A DNA stretch of 54,779 bases from a virus. Lineage: Duplodnaviria > Caudoviricetes. Positions 46,701-54,752 of this stretch are shown piece by piece (position 1 is the stretch's first letter; each line of letters opens with the position of its first letter). A program made the position numbers and the translations under genes. The stretch spans positions 1-54,779 of IMG/VR virus record IMGVR_UViG_3300046751_000253, one strand, 5' to 3'. The notes beneath the pieces were generated by a model, which saw only the letters and a program-made list of their open reading frames with translations, was not told the origin of the DNA and ran no database searches.

Positions 46701-48355
46701 AGAAAATCTCCTATATCATCTGCGTTAGAGTCTGCCTCAAATGGGTTCTCAATCTCTGACATCCTGCCAGTGTCCTTGTCATACAGAAGGTAGGTGGCTA
46801 CACCTGTCTCACCTGCATAACGGTTCTTCAATACCCTGACTGCCGTAGTGTTGGCTTGTGTTGGGTCTTGTGCTTGCTGGTCACGTTCCAATGCAATCAC
46901 TGCATCACTAATCTGTGCAATAGAATGTGAACCACGAAGCATAGATAGAGATATCTCCTTGCCCTGCTCCTGACCCTTATCACCTGTTGCTCTGCGTAAG
47001 TGAGATACAAGAAGCATTGCACATCTGGTTTCTTCTACCAGTGAACGAAGCTTGGTCATAAGCTGGTCAATGTTTCTGCGTTCATCTTCACCTTCCAAGC
47101 CTGACACAAGGATGGATAGGTGGTCAATGATAATAAACTTACAGTCCAGAGCCTTGACCATGTAACGTACACGACTGAGTATTTCGTCTGTAGTGATAGA
47201 ACCAAAGTGGTCAAAGGCATAGAACCTACGAGTACCAATGGTCTTACGTTCCAATTCTTTTAGCTGTTCAAGGCTGTACTTTTCTCGTACCTCTTTGATA
47301 TAGATACGGTCACTTGCCTCAACAGACATCAGATGAAAGGCAGTCTGCTTGATGTTTTCTTCCAGAGAGAAGACACCCACATTATGTTCTGTGTTCATAA
47401 GTAGGTGATGCATCAACTCACGCATCATGCTGGACTTCCCTGCGCCTGTACCTGCAGTAACTGTCACCAGTTCGCCTGTACGAATACCAAACAGCTTCTC
47501 ATTCAGACCCTGATAAGGATAGAGACAAGTCTCCACATCCTCTTCTTGATAGAGCCTTTCAGATATGTCTGCAAGGTTATGGATGCCAGCAGGTGTGTAT
47601 TGTTTTGCATCCCACCATGCACGAGTAAACTCTTCTCTCTTATTTAGTTTGAGATACTCGTTAGCATCCTTGTACTGTAAGTCCATGATTTTACAGCGAT
47701 TTGGCTCAAACAACTGAGCTACCTTTCCTGCTGCAAGCTTACCCTGCTCGTCATTATCAAAGCAAAGTACAATGGTTTCAAACTGATTGAGATAATCATA
47801 ACTGCCTTTGATATCTTTCAAGGCAGACTGAGCACCATTCTTGATGGACACAACAGGCCACTTAGAACCCATCAACTCATAGGCAGACATGGCATCAAGC
47901 TCACCTTCACAGACGGTAATAAACTTACCCTTCTGACCAAACTTGTTCTGACCAAACAGCTTTGCCTTTGGTAGCTGACCTTCTGATATGAAGCCCTTGT
48001 TTTGTACCTGACGTACCTTGTTGGCTACGTGAGCACCCGATTCGTCATAGTATGGATAGATATGTTTTACAATCTGGTCACCGGAAGAGACAGTCTTTAC
48101 GCCAAAGAATTGACAAGTCTGTTGACTAATCTTTCTGTCTGCAAGTCCTGTTACCTGACCGTCTGTGAATTGATTGTGATATACACCTTGTATAGGTGCT
48201 GGCTTTGTGTACTGCATATCTTCTGTATCCCCTTTCGTATATGCTGTGCATGAGAAACAATAGGTGTGTCCATCTGAGTAAGAAATGTTTGCGTCTGACG
48301 AGCCGCAAGCTTCGCAACTTCCTCTGGAAACTTCTTTTGAATCTGTGTGTTCCAT
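46697..48355 (-). CDS. T7 gp4-like primase-helicase
   Basis: CEACGSSD..YCFSC Zn finger, EGELDAMS/FDND TOPRIM, AGTGAGKS, IIDHL, VSHL, LRGS, LKNR. Confidence 0.95.
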   Translation of the reverse strand: MEHTDSKEVSRGSCEACGSSDANISYSDGHTYCFSCTAYTKGDTEDMQYTKPAPIQGVYHNQFTDGQVTGLADRKISQQTCQFFGVKTVSSGDQIVKHIYPYYDESGAHVANKVRQVQNKGFISEGQLPKAKLFGQNKFGQKGKFITVCEGELDAMSAYELMGSKWPVVSIKNGAQSALKDIKGSYDYLNQFETIVLCFDNDEQGKLAAGKVAQLFEPNRCKIMDLQYKDANEYLKLNKREEFTRAWWDAKQYTPAGIHNLADISERLYQEEDVETCLYPYQGLNEKLFGIRTGELVTVTAGTGAGKSSMMRELMHHLLMNTEHNVGVFSLEENIKQTAFHLMSVEASDRIYIKEVREKYSLEQLKELERKTIGTRRFYAFDHFGSITTDEILSRVRYMVKALDCKFIIIDHLSILVSGLEGEDERRNIDQLMTKLRSLVEETRCAMLLVSHLRRATGDKGQEQGKEISLSMLRGSHSIAQISDAVIALERDQQAQDPTQANTTAVRVLKNRYAGETGVATYLLYDKDTGRMSEIENPFEADSNADDIGDFL

Positions 48356-48367
48356 CTCTTCTCCTGT

Positions 48368-48562
48368 TTAATTTCTGGTGAAGTATACTGTATCTAATCT
48401 GCCATTGTCAAGCACATGCAGCAAACGATTTGTTCGTTTTGTTGTATACCCCATTGCTTTACACAAGGTTTCTCTGTTTATCAACCAATCTTCTAACTCG
48501 TTGTAAGGTATTGTAGTTACTACCTTATCATCGAACCCCGTTGTAATATAGACATCAATCAT
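48368..48562 (-). CDS. Hypothetical protein
   Basis: 64 aa, closely packed with neighbours, GAGGA RBS. Confidence 0.6.
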   Translation of the reverse strand: MIDVYITTGFDDKVVTTIPYNELEDWLINRETLCKAMGYTTKRTNRLLHVLDNGRLDTVYFTRN

Positions 48563-48564
48563 AA

Positions 48565-48846
48565 TTAATGTCCTCTCATATTAAACTGAAACTGGAACGT
48601 ATCAAAGGCATCGGAAAGTTCCTGTAACTCATAAGCAGTCACCATCTTAATGCCACCCATGTCAGGATAAAGAGCAGTATCTAACACTGTGTCCAAAGTC
48701 TTGTGCAATTCTCGCAAAGATTCTTTTTGTTCAGGCTGTAATCCATCTACAGAATCTGACCTCTTTATCTTTTCTTCTTCACTTTTATCATTCCAATACT
48801 GGATGCGTTCTTCTTGTGTCATATCTTCAAAAGATTTTTCTGTCAT
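48565..48846 (-). CDS. Hypothetical protein
   Basis: 93 aa acidic, AAGGAG RBS, ATGA overlap. Confidence 0.65.
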   Translation of the reverse strand: MTEKSFEDMTQEERIQYWNDKSEEEKIKRSDSVDGLQPEQKESLRELHKTLDTVLDTALYPDMGGIKMVTAYELQELSDAFDTFQFQFNMRGH

Positions 48847-49178
48847 CTGTTATCTCCTTCTCCACCTAGTTTACCACGTACTGCCCTGTCTGCAAGCTTG
48901 TGTAGATTTGCCTTTGCAATATGTTCAAGAGACACACCACATGCATCTGCCATTGCTGCAATGTACCACAAGACATCACCAAGTTCGTCTGCAATGTCCA
49001 GCAGTTTTTCTTCTAACTCTTCTGGTGTTGCACCATCACGAATTAGTTTCTTTGCTTTGTTAGCTACCTCGCCAGCTTCACCAGCCAGACCAAGAGCAGG
49101 ATAAGAATACTTAGCACTCTCTGGAAAGATTGCAGTCTTCATTGCTAATTCTTGATATTCATTCAGAGTTATTGTCAT
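48843..49178 (-). CDS. mazG: MazG-like nucleotide pyrophosphohydrolase
   Basis: YPALGLAGEAGEVANK.KK..RD...ELGDVLWY...N..KL..R..RG...G.GDNR. Confidence 0.85.
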   Translation of the reverse strand: MTITLNEYQELAMKTAIFPESAKYSYPALGLAGEAGEVANKAKKLIRDGATPEELEEKLLDIADELGDVLWYIAAMADACGVSLEHIAKANLHKLADRAVRGKLGGEGDNR

Positions 49179-49371
49179 TGTAATTAATTCCTTTCGCCCA
49201 ACGGTTACACCAATCTCTTGCTAATTCTAAACCAAATTCATTCAGTGGAAAAAAAGTTCTGTGTTTTATCTCTCCACCTTCTGCCAAGAGAACCTCATAG
49301 CTCTCTTCAAACTCGTAGATGGTGGCTTCCTTTCCATTCTCACCTACTATGTCCTCTACCAAGTTAGTCAT
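49159..49371 (-). CDS. Hypothetical protein
   Basis: Likely start MTNLVED, GAGGAG RBS. Confidence 0.6.
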   Translation of the reverse strand: MTNLVEDIVGENGKEATIYEFEESYEVLLAEGGEIKHRTFFPLNEFGLELARDWCNRWAKGINYNDNNSE

Positions 49372-49549
49372 CGCCAAACTCCTCATAGGCAAGGCTCATA
49401 GCAAAGTCTTCTGATTCGGCAATCATTTCTTCTGCCTCTTCTTTAGCAAGCTTCTTTGCTTCTTTGTTCTCGTAGCCCTCATCTAAATATTGGTGGTATA
49501 ATTCTCTAAACAATTTCTTTCTGTCTTTATTCCAAAGATTGTCACTCAT
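49364..49549 (-). CDS. Hypothetical protein
   Basis: NLW.KDRK.LFRELY.QY..EGY..KEAKKLA; AAGGAG RBS. Confidence 0.7.
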   Translation of the reverse strand: MSDNLWNKDRKKLFRELYHQYLDEGYENKEAKKLAKEEAEEMIAESEDFAMSLAYEEFGDD

Positions 49550-49664
49550 AACTATTACTCCTTTTCTTAGTGACTAAGTATTACTAGTATTAATACTACT
49601 ACTTCTATAGCTATTATAGTTTCTAACATTCTAATCCTCTGTTAGTAATAATAAGATTAAAATT

Positions 49665-49693
49665 ATTATACATCCTAAGATATAAGATATCAA
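49665..49693 (-). promoter_or_regulatory. sigma70-like promoter for replication genes
   Basis: TTGATA-17-TATAAT. Confidence 0.7.
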
Positions 49694-49805
49694 TAGGAAT
49701 AAGGTGAAAAGTTCTGTTGCCATAGTTAATCTTCATCCCCATGTAGCATAAATTTTATAACACACATAAATGTTACTATGTATATTAGTAGCTCTATGTT
49801 TATAG

Positions 49806-50003
49806 TCATTGACACCAGAACCCAGACTTGTATAGCTTCTGTTCAAATCTTTGACCTACATCTCTCACCGCTTCGGCAATGTATTCAAAGCCATCTTCCT
49901 CTAGCTTGTTTACTAGCTCCCAATGGTGGGCAACAATGGTAGACAAATCTGATGCGGATACCATTACATTTCTTGGTTCATACTGTGGCTTTTTGTTAGA
50001 CAT
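49806..50003 (-). CDS. Hypothetical early protein
   Basis: 65 aa, AAGGAG RBS. Confidence 0.6.
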   Translation of the reverse strand: MSNKKPQYEPRNVMVSASDLSTIVAHHWELVNKLEEDGFEYIAEAVRDVGQRFEQKLYKSGFWCQ

Positions 50004-50172
50004 ATTTAATCTCCTTAACTTCGTCTATCATTTTCATTACACTTTCTACATGGACAGCATCATAATCTTCTTCCTGTACCATGTCAATAGCTTCATCTGC
50101 ATCTTCTGCTTCTATGATGTAGATGTGCTCCACTACCTCATGGGCAATGATTTCATATTTTTTCTTTTCCAT
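49996..50172 (-). CDS. 58-aa acidic protein, paralogue of 50450-50626 (not in ORF track)
   Basis: MEKKKYEIIAHEVVEHIYIIEAEDADEAIDMVQEED... Confidence 0.65.
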   Translation of the reverse strand: MEKKKYEIIAHEVVEHIYIIEAEDADEAIDMVQEEDYDAVHVESVMKMIDEVKEIKYV

Positions 50173-50457
50173 TTAGCTTTCCATTCTTTCTACCCATTCA
50201 GGGTCTGCTTGGATTAGTTGTGGATTTAATTCTAGTATTTCATTTGCATACACATCACCTCTTTCCCATGAGCCATAGGTCATAGGTGATTTGACTGCAC
50301 AGAACCATCTGCCATAGGGCTTCTTCTTCTCTGCTTCCCTGCCCTGCCATGCCTTCAATACTTTCCATTCAAAGTACATACCATTGCTAGGATTTTCTAC
50401 ACGATAGGTTGCGTAGGGCTTCTCAATGTCTCTTGTCTTTGCAAATTTATTAGGCAT
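50173..50457 (-). CDS. Hypothetical early protein
   Basis: N.FAKTR..EKPYATY...WKVLK..Q...YGRWFCAVKSPMT.GSWE.GD.Y. Confidence 0.7.
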   Translation of the reverse strand: MPNKFAKTRDIEKPYATYRVENPSNGMYFEWKVLKAWQGREAEKKKPYGRWFCAVKSPMTYGSWERGDVYANEILELNPQLIQADPEWVERMES

Positions 50458-50626
50458 CTTCATTCTCCTCAAATGTCATATCTTCATGTATTTCCCAATC
50501 ACCACCGACTGTTATCCAATCCACACCATCTTCTTCGGCTTTGGCGATTGCTTCTTCTTCACTATCTGCTTCAATAAGAGCATCCTTAAATATGTATTCT
50601 GTTGCTATTACTTTGTACTTAGGCAT
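50450..50626 (-). CDS. Small acidic early protein
   Basis: MPKYKVIATE...IEADSEEEAI; starts within the junction repeat. Confidence 0.65.
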   Translation of the reverse strand: MPKYKVIATEYIFKDALIEADSEEEAIAKAEEDGVDWITVGGDWEIHEDMTFEENEDA

Positions 50627-50813
50627 CTTCATTCTCCTCTAAGTCATCTACGTCAAGACCATCAGCCATGTATGAATAGTCAATGTTTGGTGCATGGAAT
50701 ACAGCAATCTCACCTTGTTCATTAAGTACATGGTTGCCATTTTCATCAACCACATAAAAGGTCATATCCCACACACCTATGCTGTATGATTTGTTTGGGT
50801 CAAACTTAGTCAT
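50619..50813 (-). CDS. Small acidic early protein
   Basis: MTKFDPNKSY...; flanked by junction repeats. Confidence 0.65.
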   Translation of the reverse strand: MTKFDPNKSYSIGVWDMTFYVVDENGNHVLNEQGEIAVFHAPNIDYSYMADGLDVDDLEENEDA

Positions 50814-50982
50814 CTTCATTCTCCTTCATCTCCTGAATATCCGTGGATAAACTATCTCTTATCTGTGAGTCATACTGACTTGCTATGTTAAGTAGCTTTC
50901 CTACGTAGTGAACAATGTCCTCATGTGTCCACCCCTTCATGTCTCTTTCTACAAGAGCTACTAATTCATCTTTATCAAACAT
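50806..50982 (-). CDS. Small early protein
   Basis: MFDKDELV...; flanked by junction repeats. Confidence 0.6.
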   Translation of the reverse strand: MFDKDELVALVERDMKGWTHEDIVHYVGKLLNIASQYDSQIRDSLSTDIQEMKENEDD

Positions 50983-51244
50983 CTTCATTCTCCTCTGTCA
51001 ATGTCCAGCTATAGTCGCAGTTAGTCTGCCAGTTATCATTAATCCAATCACACTCATAGACTGTGCATACAAAATTACCTGTATCTTCATCTACCCATGC
51101 GTTTAAGTCAAACATTCTGTCACCTATCTGAACGCCAAACCAATCTTCGTCACAACAATCTGCCATAGCATCAAATACTACTGTGTCATAGTAGGCAGTC
51201 AAATATCCTCTTTCATATCCTGTTAAGGCTAGTCTTTTAGTCAT
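50975..51244 (-). CDS. Hypothetical early protein
   Basis: 89 aa ending EENEDV. Confidence 0.65.
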   Translation of the reverse strand: MTKRLALTGYERGYLTAYYDTVVFDAMADCCDEDWFGVQIGDRMFDLNAWVDEDTGNFVCTVYECDWINDNWQTNCDYSWTLTEENEDV

Positions 51245-51518
51245 TCTTATATCTCCATTTTACCTCTATGCCATGTTCTTCTGGCTTGGCTCTTGTGTTA
51301 GACATAAAATCCATACCATCATTGTAATAGGTCAGGATGTCTTCCACTTCAATACCTTCCTTGATATCTAGGAATAGTACCTTTATCATATTGAATAACT
51401 CTTGGAAAGTATATTTCTCCCCAAGTATTCCATTATGCGGAAAGCAGGAATAGTTCCAGCCGTTTATCTCATTGGTTCTTATCTTTGGAAGTTCCATTTT
51501 ATTCTGCCCTTTCTTCAA
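51237..51518 (-). CDS. Hypothetical early protein
   Basis: ORF in tightly packed minus-strand array; start uncertain. Confidence 0.55.
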   Translation of the reverse strand: MKKGQNKMELPKIRTNEINGWNYSCFPHNGILGEKYTFQELFNMIKVLFLDIKEGIEVEDILTYYNDGMDFMSNTRAKPEEHGIEVKWRYKND

Positions 51519-51687
51519 ACAAATCCTGTACTAAATTTTCTAGCATGGGTATCAGATTTTCATAAGCTACCTTATCAAAGTACATCAACTTACAAGCCAG
51601 TTCGTCTACAGACATATCATATACATCTTCCATGATACCTTCTTTTATAATGTCATTTTCGTGATTGCTCATTTCAACAAATCCCAT
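51499..51687 (-). CDS. Hypothetical early protein
   Basis: Acidic ORF; likely start MSNHEND. Confidence 0.55.
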   Translation of the reverse strand: MGFVEMSNHENDIIKEGIMEDVYDMSVDELACKLMYFDKVAYENLIPMLENLVQDLFEERAE

Positions 51688-51953
51688 TCCCCATAGTAAA
51701 TGTCTTTCATGTCTTCCTCATAATCAGACTGAGCAGGGTTTGTGCCATGCTCCTCAAAGTGTAACAAGACATCTGCCAAGTCTTTTGCATTTAGATATCC
51801 ATCTGGTGCATCAGCCAAGGGGCTAAGACTTGCAGCCTCTACCTGTCCTGAGTTTACATTCCCCATGATACCATAGCCACCACCCTTTGCCTGTACGATA
51901 GACAATAGCTGACCTTTGCTGTTACGAATAATAATCTGGCTTGTCTTAGACAT
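51669..51953 (-). CDS. Hypothetical early protein
   Basis: 94 aa, AGGA RBS, overlaps neighbours. Confidence 0.6.
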   Translation of the reverse strand: MSKTSQIIIRNSKGQLLSIVQAKGGGYGIMGNVNSGQVEAASLSPLADAPDGYLNAKDLADVLLHFEEHGTNPAQSDYEEDMKDIYYGEWDLLK

Positions 51954-52203
51954 TTGCTTCTTCCTTTTCTAGCTCTTCAATTTCTCTATCTATTTCTTCA
52001 ACTCTATAGATATAATTACTAAATAGTTCGTCATTAGCTACATATAGCATAGTACTAAAATCGCTGTCAGCCTCACTATCTGATAGATAATGTTTGTTCA
52101 GATGTTTTTCCAATTCTTCCATGCCATCTATCAAACCATTTAGGTAAGTTTGTTTCTGTCTTAACTTTAATATTTTAAGTGTTGTGCTCATGTCATAGCT
52201 CAT
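51946..52203 (-). CDS. Hypothetical early protein
   Basis: Acidic helical ORF, ATGA overlap with the upstream small ORF. Confidence 0.55.
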   Translation of the reverse strand: MSYDMSTTLKILKLRQKQTYLNGLIDGMEELEKHLNKHYLSDSEADSDFSTMLYVANDELFSNYIYRVEEIDREIEELEKEEANV

Positions 52204-52498
52204 TCGTCCATTCCCCAATCTTGTGGCTTGTCAATTACTGCTAGTAGTTCACCATCCTGTGTTGAGACATGATAGACATGCTCCCCATCTACAGTATAGT
52301 TTGATAGTTCAAATGTCAAATCTTCATACTTGTTTTCTTCTTCCATTATACTTTTACCTTCCCTTCTTCATCTATAAGTATTGATTGAACATTCACCTGA
52401 TGTCCACCCTCTCTTATTTCTTTTGCCATGTCATGTGCTGAAGCAAGGCTATGGGTAGCACGAAAACACTCCCAGTTATCGTTGTTTATATGCTTCAT
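52200..52498 (-). CDS. Two tandem small ORFs (52346-52498, 52200-52346), not in ORF track
   Basis: MKHINNDNWECF...KVKV and MEEENKYEDL...WGMDE, TAATG coupled. Confidence 0.5.
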
Positions 52499-52518
52499 AT
52501 TTACCAAGAATAATTCGT

Positions 52519-52746
52519 TCATTCGTCCATACCTTCCAATGCCAATGATATTGCTCTTTTGTTAAACACTCCCCCATCAGGCGTTTTCTTTCCTTCCCAT
52601 CCTTCTGACAGGATACGAATGGCAGTCTTCATGCCATGCTTTTGCACCATGTCATAGGACAAACTGTAAAGGTCATAGTCATTATTAATCCACAAGCTTA
52701 CATTCCAGCTATTCCAGCTTGGATATCCCTCATATTCTCTAGCCAT
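52519..52746 (-). CDS. Conserved small phage early protein
   Basis: Y.GY.SWNSWNVSLWINNDY.LY...KTPDG. Confidence 0.7.
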   Translation of the reverse strand: MAREYEGYPSWNSWNVSLWINNDYDLYSLSYDMVQKHGMKTAIRILSEGWEGKKTPDGGVFNKRAISLALEGMDE

Positions 52747-52922
52747 TATTCCATCTCACTTTCTAACCAATCTGCCACCTCAAAACTATCTGGCTTATCC
52801 CAGAAATCGGTGTCTATAAATTTACCATTTACCTTTGCTACTAGGCTGTGCTCATCGCCATATTTCCCATGTTCATAAAAGGCTACGCCACCTACTGAAA
52901 ATAAATATGTATGATTAGACAT
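52746..52922 (-). CDS. 58-aa hypothetical protein (not in ORF track)
   Basis: AGGAG RBS; MSNHTYLFSVGGVAFYEH..YGDE; TAATG coupling. Confidence 0.6.
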   Translation of the reverse strand: MSNHTYLFSVGGVAFYEHGKYGDEHSLVAKVNGKFIDTDFWDKPDSFEVADWLESEME

Positions 52923-52943
52923 TTGAAATTCTCCTAAGGGTTA

Positions 52944-52973
52944 AAGATGGGTGCAGTCTATCACACCCATCTT
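52944..52973. terminator. 10-bp stem-loop, terminator or processing site
   Basis: aagatgggtg-N10-cacccatctt just after the stop of 52985-53188. Confidence 0.5.
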
Positions 52974-52984
52974 AGATTTACAAT

Positions 52985-53188
52985 TTACTTTTTTAGTGAG
53001 ACAAACTGCCCATTGTAAGGGCTACGTCCTACCACAATATAGCCCTTGTTATTATGGAACGTGCCATTCTTTTTATGGCGGTTTTTCTTGTCCATTCTGC
53101 GTACCTGTACGTCTGTCACCGATACGTTTGCAAAGATGCTGATGTTGTCCTGTGTATCAACTGCCACAATTTTAGTATCTACCTGCAT
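52985..53188 (-). CDS. Basic hypothetical early protein
   Basis: 67 aa, AGGAG RBS, ends GRSPYNGQFVSLKK. Confidence 0.65.
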   Translation of the reverse strand: MQVDTKIVAVDTQDNISIFANVSVTDVQVRRMDKKNRHKKNGTFHNNKGYIVVGRSPYNGQFVSLKK

Positions 53189-53314
53189 GATTATTTCTCC
53201 TATGAATTTGCAGTTAGTGTTGTCCAGACTAGCTTTTGTTTTTGCTTAGCCTGTCTTCTACGTTCCACCTTATGGTTTTTGGAACGATAAATCTTTTTGA
53301 ATTTGATTTTTCCA

Positions 53315-53578
53315 TTAGACATAGTGTTTAGCCTTTCCTACCAATGCACCATGATAGAAGCCCGTCAGGAAGGCGAACATTTCCTGTCCATCCCATTCAT
53401 CTGTCACTGGTCTTTCCCCTACTTTGAGACAGTATAGCCAATCCTCAAACATAGGTTCTGCGTCTGTAACTTCCAGATAAAAATCTGTATTAAATTTTTC
53501 GTTAATCTCTTTTAGCTTTTCAGTTAAGAGATAGCCTGTAGGTGTTTCTAAGTTTCTTGATTGCATCATTAATTCTCC
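53315..53578 (-). CDS. Hypothetical early protein
   Basis: AGGAG RBS before MMQSRN; start approximate. Confidence 0.55.
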   Translation of the reverse strand, partial: GELMMQSRNLETPTGYLLTEKLKEINEKFNTDFYLEVTDAEPMFEDWLYCLKVGERPVTDEWDGQEMFAFLTGFYHGALVGKAKHYV

Positions 53579-54180
53579 TATGCTTTGATGCCTAGCCATT
53601 CACAGTGAAGCTTCGATACCGCTTCGCCTGTACCATACAATTCTGGGAATTTTTCAGTGCCTATCAATTCGCACCAGCTATCCCATAGATATTCGCATCC
53701 ACCTTGTTGATTGCAAGCTTGGATATATAACTCAGCCTTCATTCGTCTAAGCTTATCGCTTGCAGTCTTTCCGAATTTGAAAGTTTTTGCATCTAATCCA
53801 AATCTTTGCAGATTGTGGGTATCCATGCATCCTACTTCACCGATGCATAATTGCATGATAAACCCAGCCTTTGCTAGCCCTATTCCATCCATTCGGGATA
53901 ATTCAACAAGACAATCAACAAGCTTTACCTTGCCCAGTTTGGTATCTTTCAAGATACGATATATCTGTTTTTTGTTTTGCTGGACATAATCCCATGTCTT
54001 TTCTTTCATTCCCCAGCAATAAGGGGAAGCTTTGCCCTTGTCTAGGATATCTCGATATTCGTCAAATACCCTAGGGGTTTGAGTTTGTATTGTTGCAGAT
54101 ACCAACAAACAAACCTTTGCGGTATTGTCTACTGAACGCAAAGCCCATTTTGAGATTTTGGTTTGGTGTTTTTTGAACAT
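53578..54180 (-). CDS. HhH-GPD superfamily DNA glycosylase-like protein
   Basis: HhH L.RMDGIGLAKAGF followed by CMDTH (candidate catalytic Lys and Asp). Confidence 0.65.
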   Translation of the reverse strand: MFKKHQTKISKWALRSVDNTAKVCLLVSATIQTQTPRVFDEYRDILDKGKASPYCWGMKEKTWDYVQQNKKQIYRILKDTKLGKVKLVDCLVELSRMDGIGLAKAGFIMQLCIGEVGCMDTHNLQRFGLDAKTFKFGKTASDKLRRMKAELYIQACNQQGGCEYLWDSWCELIGTEKFPELYGTGEAVSKLHCEWLGIKA

Positions 54181-54300
54181 GGTTTTTAGTCCCTTTCTGG
54201 ACAGGTTTTTAGATTGATAGGTAGTTTGATATCATACCTAGGATAACATGGCAAGCCCTATTTTCGTTTTAATAACGGCTTACTTGCCAGCAAGCTTTTT

Positions 54301-54596
54301 AGGCGTTTATAAGTATAATATAATATACCCCTAAAGGGGTATATATTATACTAATATTCTTGAGCATTTTGTCTCTGGATATTCCAATTTTCCAGAGCTT
54401 GTTCCAGCTCATAATCCGATAAATTTTGTTCAGCGTTTTGTTCACGCTGGTTTGTGTTATCGGATAATTCAAAAACTCTTTTTTGGTTTTGCGTCATGAT
54501 TTGTACCTCATGGCTGGTGGTTGGTTGATGGTCGATTTGAGGCGTTATAAGTATATAATACCTTTTACTTCGTAAAAGGTTTATATACTAATATTC
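54301..54596. repeat. Two hairpin modules with conserved flanks (54301-54359, 54540-54596)
   Basis: AGGCGTT(T)ATAAGTATA-[stem-loop]-TATACTAATATTC occurs twice. Confidence 0.75.
54351..54497 (-). CDS. 48-aa E/Q/N-rich ORF (not in ORF track)
   Basis: GAGG RBS; MTQNQKRVFELSDNTNQREQNAEQ...QEY. Confidence 0.4.
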   Translation of the reverse strand: MTQNQKRVFELSDNTNQREQNAEQNLSDYELEQALENWNIQRQNAQEY

Positions 54597-54615
54597 CAGC
54601 GATTTTGGGTGGTTT

Positions 54616-54688
54616 GTTCTGGGTTTGTTCTGGATGAAAAATTCATCTTTGTGCTGGGTTTGTTCTCATCAAAGTTCCTGTTTTGTTC
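54616..54688. promoter_or_regulatory. Two LexA-type GTTC-N7-GTTC boxes (54616-54630, 54674-54688)
   Basis: GTTCtgggtttGTTC and GTTCctgttttGTTC. Confidence 0.5.
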
Positions 54689-54752
54689 TCACCATCTTTG
54701 CGTGTAATGATGATATAAAAGACAAGGGGAAATTGTAATATAATTATAATAA

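Larger units (their letters stand above)
50455..50994 (-). repeat. Four exact 15-bp junction repeats AGGAGAATGAAGATG (50455, 50624, 50811, 50980)
   Basis: Plus strand catcttcattctcct occurs four times, each at a gene boundary. Confidence 0.9.

Noticed and set aside
39920-48355. Inteins or introns in RNR, Pol A or primase-helicase
   Set aside because: Lengths are normal and no splice-junction or homing endonuclease motifs are visible.
50455-50994. Regularly spaced repeats as a CRISPR array
   Set aside because: Repeats are only 15 bp, the intervals are approx 155-170 bp coding genes, and no cas operon is present.
35833-54074. Plus-strand ORFs within the replication/early arm
   Set aside because: Antisense shadows of coherent, RBS-bearing minus-strand genes.
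54401-54443. Additional LexA boxes
   Set aside because: Spacing is 8, not 7, and the words are explained by GAA-CAA codons of a small minus-strand ORF.
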